From positions 1,735,197-1,799,196 of the forward strand of contig OZ287694.1 of the NCBI GenBank assembly GCA_965649825.1: DNA of 64,000 bases. Reading direction: 5' to 3'. How positions within the stretch are numbered: the stretch's first letter is position 1; the number at the start of each line of letters is the position of its first letter. Both the position numbers and the translations under genes were made by a program. This DNA comes from Penicillus capitatus. Its lineage: Eukaryota; Plantae; Chlorophyta. A model generated the notes under the pieces. The model had not been told where the DNA came from. It did not search any database and saw nothing but the letters and a program-made list of their open reading frames with translations. Shown piece by piece: positions 10,048 to 21,946 of this stretch.

Positions 10048-13000
10048 TCAGGCGAGCTTCTGAAGGATCTGGTCAACAGCGGTTTTCATCTCGCCCATGC
10101 TCTCTTCCATGTTACTCATTCTGGTCGACAGTGTTTTCATCTCACCCGAGGTTTCACTCACATTCTCTTTTAATTTACGCATTCTGGTCGACAGTGTTTT
10201 CATCTCGCTCATGGTTACGCCCATGCTCTCTTCCACGTTACTCATTCTGGTCGACAGTGTTTTCATCTCACCCGAGGTTTCACTCACATTCTCTTTTAAT
10301 TTACGCATTCTGGTCGACAGTGTTTTCATCTCGCTCATGGTTACGCCCATGCTCTCTTCCATGTTCTTCATTCTGGTCGACAGTGTTTTCATCTCGTCTA
10401 TGTTCTTCATTCTGGTCGACAGTGTTTTCATCTCGCTCACGGTTACGCCCATGCTCTCTTCCATGTTCTTCATTCTGGTCGACAGTGTTTTCATCTCGTC
10501 TATGTTCTTCATTCTGGTCGACAGTGTTTTCATCTCGTCTATGTTCTTCATTCTGGTCGACAGTGTTTTCATCTCGCTCATGGTTACGCCCATGCTCTCT
10601 TCCATGTAGCTCATTCTGGTCGGCAGTGTTTTCATCTCGGCCATGCTATCTTCCATGTTCTTCATTCTGGTCGACAGTGTTGTCATCCCACCGATGCTAT
10701 CTTCCACCTTTTTCATTCTGTCGAACACTGCATTTAAGTCGTCTGCTGTTTTCTGGCTCATCTCTAGACAACATGACGTCAGTTTACAGACCTTTGGCTT
10801 TGGGTAATGCGTTGACCTCCAAGCGCTTTCTCGTTCTTCCCTGCTTCAGACTTGATAGTTCTTTCGAGACTGACAAGTTTGCCATGCCACTCGTCGTCAT
10901 AAGGTTCTTCTTCGATGTCTTCAGGAACTAGATAATGGAAAAACGTTCCCCCGATCTTGCCGAGTTCTGTGTTTTTCCGATGTATTGCTGAAAACACTGT
11001 GTCACGTATCCACGATGTGCAAAGCTCGCCGCACGGTTTAGAACGTGTACACCTGAACACCAAACAGATCCAAAGACCTTGAGCGGCACGCCAATCAACT
11101 CTGAGTATTCTTACTTGTCAATAAATGCACCAACCACTGCACAGTCGTACGTTGCTTGCAGTCGGTACATCGCCTGTTCTACCTTTTCCTTTGACCGAAC
11201 TCTGTCGTGGGTATCGGTCAAGATAGACACCAGCAAACTCATCAGCACAATCGGTCCGATAAAGACGAAGGAATTGAACAGCAAGGCCCTCCAGATTGTG
11301 ACAAAGTCACTGGAAGGGCGAAGCATCTGCACCGGGAACAGGTCGCTCAGTGGATAATGTCAACGACGCTGAATTCTTTCAGAACTCACGTCAGTTTCGA
11401 AATTCCCAAGGCCGGTATGGAACAGTGTCTCCAGCGCATGCGGAAAGGTGTCGAAGCTGTTTTCTTCGCCGTCTCCAAATCCACCGTCGAAGAGAACCAT
11501 GAATGCTGCAGAGTATCCAAGCATCAGCAGGAAGCCCATCATCGCAAAGGGCACGGAGTCGATCACTGCATAGCCCACCATCGAAACGAAGGGTCCCGAT
11601 CGACCGAATGGTCGAAGCGTTCGAAAGAACTAACCCACAAGAAACATCGCATAACGACAGAGTGAGGATAGGACTTCTAGATAGATCTCACCACGACCCA
11701 GCAGACGATGCATCCAACAGATGCTGTGAATGCGGAGAAGGTGGTGTGATGATCAGTGATGCATGCGTGTGTGAAAAGCACAAGGTCGATAATGAGCATA
11801 GTGATCCTGTAAGCAAACATCATGGGGACAGATGAATTATTTTTGCTAGCAAAACTGTCGTACCTTAACACTGAAAAGGAGCAGAAGGCTCCCAACAGAT
11901 TCCCAAGACACGGTAGAGATATGAGTGCTATCACAATTGCCCGCTGGATTGGTGCGGCGTCATCGTCCTGATGGCTGTACAGGATGGCAAAGATAGTAAA
12001 TGCCACAGCAACCACGACATCCAACAGGACGCCCATCAAGTAGAAGCTGCGATAGAAGCCATACAACCAGTCAACAAGGATTCTGGTCGTCGCCGACTTG
12101 GAATATTTCTTTGTCATTTCTGTCGCGCCAAAAAGATGATATTTCACGACATCGAAGTTCAATTCTCTACGCAAACGCAGTTAACTCAGTCGAACGCTGT
12201 CATAAACGCACTTCAATTCAATCATGTCCCAGAAATCCGGAAGAGCGAGGCAGTAGATCTTCGCGACTACCGTGATCTTCTGGCCTGCCGTGTCTGACAA
12301 TTTCTCGCCATACTTACTATTCTGAATCCAGAGATCCTTTGCTGCACTGCTATCCGTAGCCCAGCTTTCTGGATGATGATCAATAGACATCCCAACTGGA
12401 GTCTTGCCGTTTCTGCCGAACAGAGCCTTGGGCGCTTCAAACCTGGCGTACTCCATTGTGAACCTATCTTCGGCTAAGAATCTCTGCGCAATCTTGGGAA
12501 ATTGAGAGAGGAAATCTGACAGATGTTTCTTCAAGAGTTCGATCGTTTCTGTCAATGTCCCGTATTTTCCTGTGAGTTTATCCAGAACGAATTCGACACG
12601 AGTGTAAGATCCGCTGGCAATTGCCCGAGACAAAAGATCATCGCTTCTGCGTTTGAATGTCACGGATACCCCATTGCTCTTTGCATAATCCAGGAGCATG
12701 TTTGCACAGTCAAGTCGGTCTCGTTCCACGGCATTCCAGAATATCGGCACATCTTCTTCATCAACAGCATGGATGATATGAGTCCCACCCTCTGAAATGA
12801 GTCTGCACAATTTGCGCGAAGGTTAAGCCGCTATACAAAAGATGAGAAACGGTGTTTACCGTCTGGTGTGCTCTGATGTCCACTCTGACAGAGGCTCAAG
12901 AGACCATGGTCTCTCAAGAAACCATGGTCTCGTTCTGCAGGGAAAAAAGTCTGCCCTATCCGGCCGCTGAGATAAAGACGGTCTAGGGGAATTTTCGAGT

Positions 13001-13230
13001 TCGACAGGCGAGAATCCTGACTGGCTAAGAGGTGTTGGTTTGAGCGTTTTTTCGATAGGTGAGAATTCACGCTGCTTAGGAGGATTATCACGGCACGAAA
13101 TCGGTTCTATTCCTGGTGCTCTATGCAGTTTTAATGTTCGTCGGACGGGCTGTTGGAGAGTGCACTTATCGTCAGACATGAAGAAACACGAACGCGTTCG
13201 GGTCGATGACTCCGACTGATGACTCAACAT
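10048..13230 (-). CDS. TRP-like cation channel 'TRP-C' with repeat-expanded C-terminal coiled coil (apparently intact; start codon uncertain)
   Basis: Ankyrin-like DVPIFWNAVERDRLDCANMLLDYAK, GPFVSMVGY, pore FDTFPHALETLFHTGLGNFE, S6 LMSLLVSILTDTHDRVRSKEK and FFHYLVPE..EWHG. Spliced exons stay in frame. Confidence 0.85.
10085..10690 (-). repeat. Coding modular minisatellite (EMKTLSTRM core, 11 copies, 13/17/21-aa periods)
   Basis: DNA core CATTCTGGTCGACAGTGTTTTCATCTC recurs with spacers that are themselves reused; everything is in frame within the last exon of TRP-C. Confidence 0.95.
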
Positions 13231-14922
13231 TCATATATTCACCATTATCCCAAGCGCATTTATTATCATCGAGGCTTCCGAACGCATCTCCTGATGCAAC
13301 TGAATAATGGTTTTACGGTGTGATAGGTCAGCCAGAACGATCCATCACACAATGTCCCTTCACTTCGTCGGTAGATGACACTTACTCTCATCTATCCCGG
13401 CTTTGGCCTTACAAACCCCGTAAGAATGACACACGCATCTCGATGTGTTCATGACAAAGCTAATACGAACAGACGGACAGTCCACTGAATCGATTTTGCC
13501 TCTCGGTGACTTGGCACCTTCACCACGCATTTGCTGCATTCCCTTCTCTAGCTTTCTGTTTTCGATCACCGTGCGTGTAGACTATGTCCAAATTCACAAA
13601 AATTCATTCTTAATAACCTAAAATTCAAATCTCTGCCTTCCCGTCAAACTTATTACACGACATGTCCCGTTATAGACAGTGACGGAACAAAAGAGTTCAC
13701 TTGACGAGATGAGGATTCACATGTAAACAGATGTCATTGGTTTGGCCTTCTCTTTCCAAAAAGAAGGCTCCCTGCACGACACAGATCCACTCTCAGAACC
13801 CTCAATTAAGGATCTCTAGACTCGCATAAACGAGCGAGACTGGTTTTCAAAGTGACGCTTATTGTTGTTACGCATTCTAATAGAACGTGCTGTAAATGCT
13901 GGTTTGTTAGTAGAATGATGCAGTCCTGATTGTCTTTCTCCTTACAACGCTCGACTCCATGCCTGTATCGGTGAACTGACGAGCTTATTTGGCATTCCGT
14001 TCCGCTGAGAAGGAGACGATCAGCGAACAAACCAATACCTGCAGCTTCGCTCAATGCTGTTCGCAGGAGACGAAAAGTGCACGGCGGCGGCGGCGGCGAT
14101 AGTGTTAGGGATGCTTTATTGAATGACTACTCTTCGCTGTCGTCCGAACTGCATTTGTGGTAACGGTCTTCTTCTGAAGCCGATCTTCGATGCTCGTATT
14201 GTCAAAACACTAAAGAATCAAATCTCGGTGGTTGCGGATTCAGAACGAAAAGAGTCTCACTTCGGCGATGATTCCGCGAAGGCTAAGAACCGTCGACGGT
14301 GAAGTTGGTCGTCCATCGATCTCCGTTTTTTCATATTACAAAGGGCAGTTCGATTCGCCATCACGTAGACGGCGTATCCATCGGCGTCTTCTAGAACACA
14401 TCATCTAGATTCGCAAGGGGTTCTGCAGGAGTTGGCGTGCCAACGGAAAACAGGCTCGGAATAACTCGGATTCTCAGCATGGTGGCGATATGAGTCACAG
14501 CTCTGCAACGGACGGATCGCCTTGTCCAGTGTATCTATCCATTGCTGTCGAGTGGCCTGTGACAGCGACAGCGACAGACAGTGAAATGCTGACTATTGTC
14601 AAAGCATGAGCGCGAGCGCTGTCGTGGTTATTGCCGTTTCATCACCGCCGGCGAAACTCGCCGACGCTTTCTTCAATGACGAGGCGTTCTGTCGCTGCGT
14701 GGTTGTTTGCACAATGATCAGATGTAAAGATTCGTCTCGACAGATGCGTCTGTCGACGTCTTGCACATTAACGCAAAAAGGAGAACAATGGACTGTTGTA
14801 TTGCTGCCGGTTTCTGAACTGCATCTGCGAAGCTAGAATGACAATGCAGAAACGATTCGATCTTCACGTGAATGTTCCAGACCGAGGAATGGGTACTCGG
14901 CTAAAGCAGATAAGCCCATTGT

Positions 14923-15795
14923 CTATTCATCTGTTCGTGTAGAACGGAGGACCTGGACACGCTTCGGGACTGCGGACTGGAACGACACTGCAGCCGCATC
15001 CCTCCAAAGAGGTGTCGTAACCGTCATCTGTACAGCACCTATCCAGATTGGCTCCATTCCAATTCCATCTGGGAAAAGAACAGCATCACCGCCATCATAA
15101 TGAATAACAGATCGAATCTGGTACTTGTCGGTTGCCAAGTCGGTGAACTTGTCTTCTGGGTCGAGAGCCCTAACCACACATCCGAAATCGCACCAGTTAT
15201 TCCCGTAAACCTCAGCCCCGTTCCAGCATCCAAAGTCTGGCCATCCCGACTTGCCCCAGTGCAGTCGACCGGGTGAACAGGATTCGTGGCTCAGGAGATG
15301 TGCCACCATCTGTTTGAATGGCAGATTGCTGGCACGTGGCCTGAGACCAAACCCAAGTCAGGGACAGCTCGCATCTTGACAACGCACTCTTGGTTGTAGT
15401 AACCGAAGTCCGTCAAATCAATCCAGAGAACGGCTTCGTCGTGCGCAGCAGACAGCAGTCCTTCTGCCTTTCCGACGAGTCGTAGCAGGATAGGATATCG
15501 GTGGCCATTGTCTGGAGTGAGACTCTCTGCCAGATTCAGTAGACTGTCCAGGCAATCCGGAGCGTTGCTCAGAGACACGGCCACTTCGTAATTGTCGACC
15601 AGTGTGGGCCTGCGTGTCGGATCCCGAGGAGGGAAAACGAACGCAGCTTCGTGCGTCTCGCCGACGGTATCCTCCAAAGTGTGTAACAGAAGCGGCAAGG
15701 ATACTTCATTGAACTGCTGCGCGAGATCGGGATCGGTAAGGTTGGTGTTGGGCGGATAGGGATCCGGAACCGTCCACTCCACGCCCTCGGCAACC
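14923..15795 (-). pseudogene. C-terminal fragment of a D-arabinono-1,4-lactone/L-gulonolactone oxidase-like (ALO domain) gene
   Basis: YEVAVSLSNAPDCL, RYPILLRLVG, LWIDLTDFGYY, a 47-nt intron, then GRLHWGKSGWP..WCDFGCVVRALDPEDKF. No FAD-binding N-terminal domain is present upstream. Confidence 0.7.
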
Positions 15796-16099
15796 CTGCG
15801 ACGAACCTTGGAGTCCCTCGCCGCACGTCTCGTCCGATTTCTCCTTCTGCCATCCATTGTTCGAGACGCCGTCAGATTGGCGGCGCTGTCGCTCTCAATC
15901 GTCTTCTCGCGCGATTCCTCCTTCAGACGCTCCAACGTCACTCTTCGATGAACGTCGTGATCTGCTCTGCGCTCAAACCTAGGCAACGCGATGCAACGGC
16001 GGCGATACGAAGATGTCCATTATGTGTCCATTGTCTTGTCGTCTGCAACGACCCTTGAAAGCAGACAGTTCTGGAGGGCGGACGTACTGTCGCGGCATC

Positions 16100-17700
16100 T
16101 GTCGCCATTATCTGCACCGAATGTGTCATTTGTATGTAGTCAGTCACGAGCCAACTCGAGGTTAAAAGATCTCTTTCTGCGTTGCGCTTCCACCTCTCTG
16201 GCTTCTCAGCGACGGTATCTGATTTGCCTCTGTGCGTTGCCTCTCTTGAAAGAGAACGATCGGACGGAGGCTCGCATTGAGCTCGAATTCCATCCTCTCC
16301 CGTTCTCGCCCGCGTACCACAAAGGCTCATTTGCTCATCTGGTGGAAGCTTTCACATCTTGACCGTCGTCGAACACGGCAGGGTTCAAGAAGATAAAGAA
16401 GAAAAACACAGCGATGGATCGTTCAAAGGCCAGTTGCGCGATCCATCTAGAATGGAGATGTCACGTCATATCATTAGCTGCGCCTCCTGCTGCCTTCTTC
16501 CAATGCGTCAGGCCGACAATCTGCGCTTCCTCTTCTCCGATTTCGGCCCCGTCGAGCCTATGTCAAGGGACGTGCAGTGACCCGACTATTGCCAACCAAT
16601 AGACCCTTTCGCCTACCGCCGCTTGCCTTAAACGACCCCTCGACGGACAGACGGCACCTTCAGCTTCGAAAACTCAATCCTACCTACAAGGTGACGACAA
16701 CAGAAAAACGCCGTGCATTTCCCTTTTCGTTTTCTCTAGTTCCAGCACGGACAACAGATTCTGCCAGGGACGGCAGCCGATTCCCTGCGAGTGATGCAAG
16801 CGGGGAGCGCCTTGCTGTCATTGAATCTGTCACAGATGCCGCACTGGAACAGTTAGAACGTCCATGTTGCTCCTTCGCGAAACTCCGAGTGTCTCGCACC
16901 CACGATTTCGGTCAGGCTCCTCGTGGAGTGGCCGAGAATGGATCATCTGTCGTAGAGTCTGGGAGACGAGAGACTTCTCAGAGTTGTGTCGAAGACGCTT
17001 AAACCGCGATGGGAAACTCGTCGCCATCAGCTTCTTCGACGCCAGCGCATCGCAGTTCGTCGAGCTCTTTGACGATTTCTGAGTCTGTTTTCTCCATTGA
17101 CGAAGACGAGACCTCGGACGCATGTCTGTTCGCCGAAGAATAGATCGCTCAGCCCGTCGGCCACTCACCTTTGGTTGGAGTCTGTTGGATGGTGAGAGGG
17201 CCCGTCTCGTCAGGGACGACGAACCGCAGCTGATCTTCGTCAGCCGCGCCGAGTTGAACGGACTGGGACTCGTGCTCTCCATCAGGACGGGAGAGGAGAG
17301 GGCGTGGAGGATGCTGTCCTTCGCCGAGCACTTCTGACCGATCATCGTCTATCTCCGAACTCAGTGTGCTCGCGATGCTCTTCTCGTCTTCGGCAGGTGG
17401 CTTCGGCCGTCTGGCGGCTCGAACTGTGTGGCATTGTTCCGCGGGATCTCGTTTGGGGAGACGGAATTCATCTCACTCGGCGGATGCGAGGCAGACCGAC
17501 GCTTGATAAGACAGTTGCTGTCACTTCGGACGCACCAGAATCAGGAGGCTCTGCAGAACGGTCGCTCGACGGCAGAAATGTACGACGCGCTTAAGAAGAT
17601 ACTCCAAGGATTCAGCCGAGAGTGCCGAATGAATCCTCGTTTGTCGTTGCTGGATGGTCGACATGTCCTCGAGAGATGTCAGGATGGATCCAGTTGATCG
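16100..17700 (+). pseudogene. Degenerate alpha/beta-hydrolase-like gene, copy 1
   Basis: Inverted paralog of 53850-55600. It keeps a VGHS..VCWMVR-like elbow but lacks the segment carrying PILFIHGLGIG and has many stops and frameshifts. Confidence 0.35.
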
Positions 17701-18015
17701 ATCGATCAATGTCTACGGTTTCAAGATTCCATTGTAGTTTCTGGTTTCCACGATGCCTTCAGTGCGAACGAACGGTTTGTCGCATCACTGTGTAACCATT
17801 CTGGCACGACTGACATGTTCACTTATGTTTTCCTGTGACAGATGTGACGTTACGACTGCGACAGACGACGTCGACAAGACGTTGAATGACGGGACGTGAT
17901 CGTTCACGCGTTGACAGCCACAAACGGAAAGAATCGTATACTGCACGCGGCCGGCGCCGTCGACGTGTTAAGATTCTAATAACAGCGGCCATCTTTTGCA
18001 TCAACGTTCTCGCCG

Positions 18016-19431
18016 ATGCAGTCACCGACGACGTCGCAAGCGGCATACATTCCTCTCGCAGAAGACGTCGCTCGTTCAACGATCCGGAAACTCGACCGAC
18101 GTTTACTGCTTCTACTCGCCGGCCTCACTTTTTTGTCCGTTGGCGACCGCAGCAACATTGGCTACGCCGCCAATGACCTCTGTCAAGAATTAAACCTGAC
18201 CCACGAGGAATACGGCAAAGGGGTCAGTCTGCTTTACTTCGGTTACCTGTTGTCGCAAGTGGCAGGTAACGTCATGCTTAAACGCTTCGGCGCTCCTGCA
18301 TGGATTTCTTTTATCCTTTTTGCCTGGGGCTGTGTCGGCGCGGCGACTGGGTTTATTCAGAACGCGACGCAGTTCTACGTTCTTCGTTTTCTTTTGGGGT
18401 TTGCCTCGGGAGGCACATTTCCAGCCATATGGTACATGATCCCTTTGTTTTACCCACCAAACTACGCTACCGACGCATGCTGTGTTATCATCTCTGCAGT
18501 TTCGTTAACCATGCCGCTCTCTTCCCCTCTGTCTGCGGGCCTGCTGAGCCTTGGACCTTTTGTCCATGTCGATGGGTGGCGTCTTCTCTTCATCGTCGAG
18601 GGCATCATGCCCATGATGTACGCAGTAGTGGTCTACGTATTCTTGCCGGCCACTCCCGAGACGGCTTCGTTTCTGAAAGACGAGGAGAAGGAGTGGATCG
18701 CTGTGAACCAAGGGAAGCACGAGAGCGAGGGTGATCTCCCTTTCTGGGAGGAAATGAGGCGCGTCGTTTCGAACGGATCGTGGCGGATGTTCGCGCTCTG
18801 TGGTTTGATTGTCTTCGGTATCGTCATTGTCCTCATGTTCTGGGCGACGCTGATTATTCAAGACATTCTTTACGGAGAAGACGATGACGACGACTCCAAG
18901 ACATGCGGTTCCAAGCATGCCAACGCAGTACTGGCCATTCTTCTCACCGCCATCCCCTTTCTCATTTCCGGAATCCTGTGCTTACTGATGCGTCGCATCG
19001 TTGTACGCGATCGAACGCGAGTCGCCGCCATCATTTCTACTGTCGGCGGTTTAGTGATGATCTCATGGATCGGGGCGCAGTATACGTCTGATATCCTGAG
19101 ATTCTTGCTGTTAATTTGTGCTGTCACGGCCGGATATCTTGTCTTTCCATTCGTCATAGGCCTTGTGATGTCTTCGTGCGAAATATCGATCCATTCCGTT
19201 GCTGCTTCTATGTACAACGCTGTTTCAACGATTGGCCCTATTCTATTTCCTATGATTTTTGGCAAAGCTATGGACAGTCTAGGCTCTGGCATTTCTATTT
19301 CACTATTCGGGGGATTCTTTCTCATCACGGCGCTGATCATGATGATCATGAAAGATCCTCTTCTGAAAGAAGCCAGAGACAATGACCGTCAAGGATACCG
19401 TCAACTGCGTGTTTCTAATTCTGACGCTTAG
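18016..19431 (+). CDS. MFS transporter, anion:cation symporter (ACS; TtuB/DgoT/Tna1-like) family, copy 1
   Basis: Intronless 471-aa ORF; TIRKLDRRLL, DRSNIG, GNVMLKRFGAPAWISFI, LRFLLG, GWRLLFIVEG and about 12 hydrophobic segments. Confidence 0.92.
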   Translation: MQSPTTSQAAYIPLAEDVARSTIRKLDRRLLLLLAGLTFLSVGDRSNIGYAANDLCQELNLTHEEYGKGVSLLYFGYLLSQVAGNVMLKRFGAPAWISFILFAWGCVGAATGFIQNATQFYVLRFLLGFASGGTFPAIWYMIPLFYPPNYATDACCVIISAVSLTMPLSSPLSAGLLSLGPFVHVDGWRLLFIVEGIMPMMYAVVVYVFLPATPETASFLKDEEKEWIAVNQGKHESEGDLPFWEEMRRVVSNGSWRMFALCGLIVFGIVIVLMFWATLIIQDILYGEDDDDDSKTCGSKHANAVLAILLTAIPFLISGILCLLMRRIVVRDRTRVAAIISTVGGLVMISWIGAQYTSDILRFLLLICAVTAGYLVFPFVIGLVMSSCEISIHSVAASMYNAVSTIGPILFPMIFGKAMDSLGSGISISLFGGFFLITALIMMIMKDPLLKEARDNDRQGYRQLRVSNSDA

Positions 19432-20530
19432 CGTTTGTCGCTGTTGTCTGCGTTGAACAAACTTTATTCGCTTACAGCTTCACAAACCTGCATCAATAGA
19501 AACAGCGCGACGAACATTGTTGCTTTTTTGAGGAAGACTTCCGTTTGTGTCGAAAACGAAGGCGCCGCTTCTATCTTGAAGGAAAAGATATACAGAAACA
19601 GAAAGAGGCAAGATATAGTGGGCGCTGCGGCTCATCTTCGTCTTTGGAGCTTCGCAGTGGCTTTCTCTCCATGCGGCAGGCATCCAAGCAGCTCGCAGTC
19701 CTGCGTTTCAGTTTCATTCCATCACCCTTTTTCGACTGCACCTGTCTGTCTGCCTAACGCTGATGCAGGATATCGGTCGATTTGCGCTGCTTAAAGAATG
19801 GAGAAGGCGTTGGAGGGGAGAGACTGGAGAATGGGGCGTCGACGGTCACGTCGTTACGTCACTCGATGGCAAACGGCTGACGAAGTAGATCTCTCTTGTC
19901 AAATCGAATCTGTTATCTCGACGTCAACGGTTCGTCTTTCTGAGAAACGAGAGCCTTAGACACGGATAGCGATGTCGACCGGAGGGTAAAACCAAGTCAC
20001 ATCATTCCTCGTCCGGCCTCTTCTGGTTCCCAGTTTCATGTTATGTCAGGCGGCTGGCTCTGAAGAATAAGCGCTTGATGGCAGAACTCCACACACGCTT
20101 GAGAAGATGGTCCAAGGGTGGGACCAAGAGCGCTGACCGAATCTTCGTTCATCGTCGCTGGACGACGGACATATCCCCGAGAGATTTCTGGACGGATCCT
20201 GTTGATCGGTTGATTGATTAACATCTGCAGTCTCAAGATCCCCTCCAGTTTCTGGTTACCACCATACCTTCGATGTAAACGGGCGATCTGTCACATTACT
20301 GTGTATCCTGCCTGGCACGGTCGACGTACTCACGTATTCATTCCTTTGACAGATGCGACGTTGCGCTGGACGAACGAGAAAATCGACAAGACGTTGGATG
20401 ATGGGAAGTGATCGCGCACCCGTTGACAGCCACAAACAAACAGAATCGGATACTGAACGTGTCTGATAATTACGAGACGTAAGTATTTAGATAAAATCCG
20501 CCATCTTGTTGTCCGCCAACGTTTTTTTCG

Positions 20531-21946
20531 ATGCAGTCGCCGACGACGTTGCAAGTGGACCACGTTCCTCCAGAGGAGGACATCGCTCGTTCGACGATTC
20601 GGAAACTCGACCGACGTTTTCTGCTTCTACTCGCCGGCGTCACCTTCCTGTCCTACGTCGACCGCAGCAACGTCGGCTACGCCGCGAATGACCTCTGTCA
20701 AGAATTAAACCTGACCCACGAGGAATACGGCAAAGGGGTCAGTCTGCTTTACTTCGGTTACCTGTTATCGCAAGTGGCAGGTAACGTCATGCTTAAACGC
20801 TTCGGCGCTCCTGCATGGATTTCTTTTATCCTTTTTGCCTGGGGCTGTGTCGGCACGGCGTCTGGGTTCGTTCAGAACGCGACGCAGTTCTACGTTCTTC
20901 GTTTTCTTTTGGGGTTTGCTGAGGGAGGCACATTTCCAGCCATGTGGTATACCATCGCTATGTTTTACCCGCCAGACTACGTTACCGCCGCATGCTGTGT
21001 TATCATCTCTGCAGTTTCGTTAACCATGCCGCTCTCTTCCCCTCTGTCTGCGGGCCTGCTGAGCCTTGGACCTTTTGTCCATGTCGATGGGTGGCGTCTT
21101 CTCTTCATCGTCGAGGGCATCATGCCCATGATGTACGCAGCAGTCGTCTACGTATTCTTGCCGGCCGCTCCCGAGACGGCTTCGTTTCTGAAAGACGAGG
21201 AGAAGGAGTGGATCGCTGTGAACCAAGGGAAGCACGAGAGCGAGGGTGATCTCCTTTTCTGGGAGGAAATGAAGCGCGTCGTTTCGAACGGATCGTGGTG
21301 GATGTTTACGCTCTGTAGTCTAATTACTTTTGGTGTCAACACTGTCCTCATGTTCTGGGCGACGCTGATCACTCAAGACATTCTTTACGGAGAAGACGAT
21401 GACGACGACTCCAAGACATGCGGTTCCAAGCATGCCAACGCAGTACTGGCCATTCTTCTCACCGCCATTCCCTTTCTCATTTCCGGAATCTTGTGCTTAC
21501 TGATGCGTCGCATCGTTGTACGCGATCGAACGCGAGTCGCCGCCATCATTTCTACTGTCGGCGGATTGTTGACGATCTCATGGATCGGGGCGCAGTATAC
21601 ATCTGTTATCTTTAGATTCTTGTTGTTAATTTGTGCTGTCACGGCCGGATATCTTGTCTTTCCATTCATCATAGGTCTCGTTATGTCTTCGTGCGAAATA
21701 TCGATCCATTCCGTTGCTGCTTCTATGTACAACGCTGTTTCAACGATTGGCCCTATTCTATTTCCCATGATTTTTGGCAAAGCTATGGACAGTCTAGGCT
21801 CTCGCATTACCATTTCACTATTTGGGGGATTAACTCTCATCACGGCGCTGATCATGATGATCATGAAAGATCCTCTTCTGAAGGAAGGCAGAGAAAACAA
21901 CCGTCGAGGATATGTTCAACTGTCTGTTTCTAATCCTGAGGCTTAA
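20531..21946 (+). CDS. MFS transporter, ACS family, copy 2 (tandem duplicate)
   Basis: Intronless 471-aa ORF highly similar to copy 1; FLSYVDRSNVG and GFAEGGTFP. Confidence 0.93.
   Translation: MQSPTTLQVDHVPPEEDIARSTIRKLDRRFLLLLAGVTFLSYVDRSNVGYAANDLCQELNLTHEEYGKGVSLLYFGYLLSQVAGNVMLKRFGAPAWISFILFAWGCVGTASGFVQNATQFYVLRFLLGFAEGGTFPAMWYTIAMFYPPDYVTAACCVIISAVSLTMPLSSPLSAGLLSLGPFVHVDGWRLLFIVEGIMPMMYAAVVYVFLPAAPETASFLKDEEKEWIAVNQGKHESEGDLLFWEEMKRVVSNGSWWMFTLCSLITFGVNTVLMFWATLITQDILYGEDDDDDSKTCGSKHANAVLAILLTAIPFLISGILCLLMRRIVVRDRTRVAAIISTVGGLLTISWIGAQYTSVIFRFLLLICAVTAGYLVFPFIIGLVMSSCEISIHSVAASMYNAVSTIGPILFPMIFGKAMDSLGSRITISLFGGLTLITALIMMIMKDPLLKEGRENNRRGYVQLSVSNPEA

Larger units (their letters stand above)
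7575..13000. repeat. Segmental duplication (serpin + TRP module), inverted partner of about 28700-33470
   Basis: Serpin upstream region, serpin, intergenic DNA and TRP gene are all collinear in reverse orientation. Confidence 0.88.
14400..19430. repeat. Segmental duplication (hydrolase-like block + MFS), inverted partner of about 52120-56000
   Basis: Long stretches of near-identical sequence (e.g. 17100-17900 vs 53660-54450), with a 1.34-kb indel at 14756-16094. Confidence 0.85.

Noticed and set aside
10085-10690. CRISPR-like look: a 27-bp core repeated with variable spacers
   Set aside because: Spacers are reused, all periods are multiples of 3 and translate as one coiled-coil ORF in a spliced eukaryotic gene; no cas genes are present.
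10011-10931. 306-aa and 170-aa plus-strand ORFs over the repeat
   Set aside because: Antisense shadows of the stop-poor coding minisatellite.
14756-16094. Helitron as carrier of the ALO fragment
   Set aside because: No 5'-TC or 3'-CTRR ends and no A|T insertion site; flanking direct repeats are present, which Helitrons do not make.
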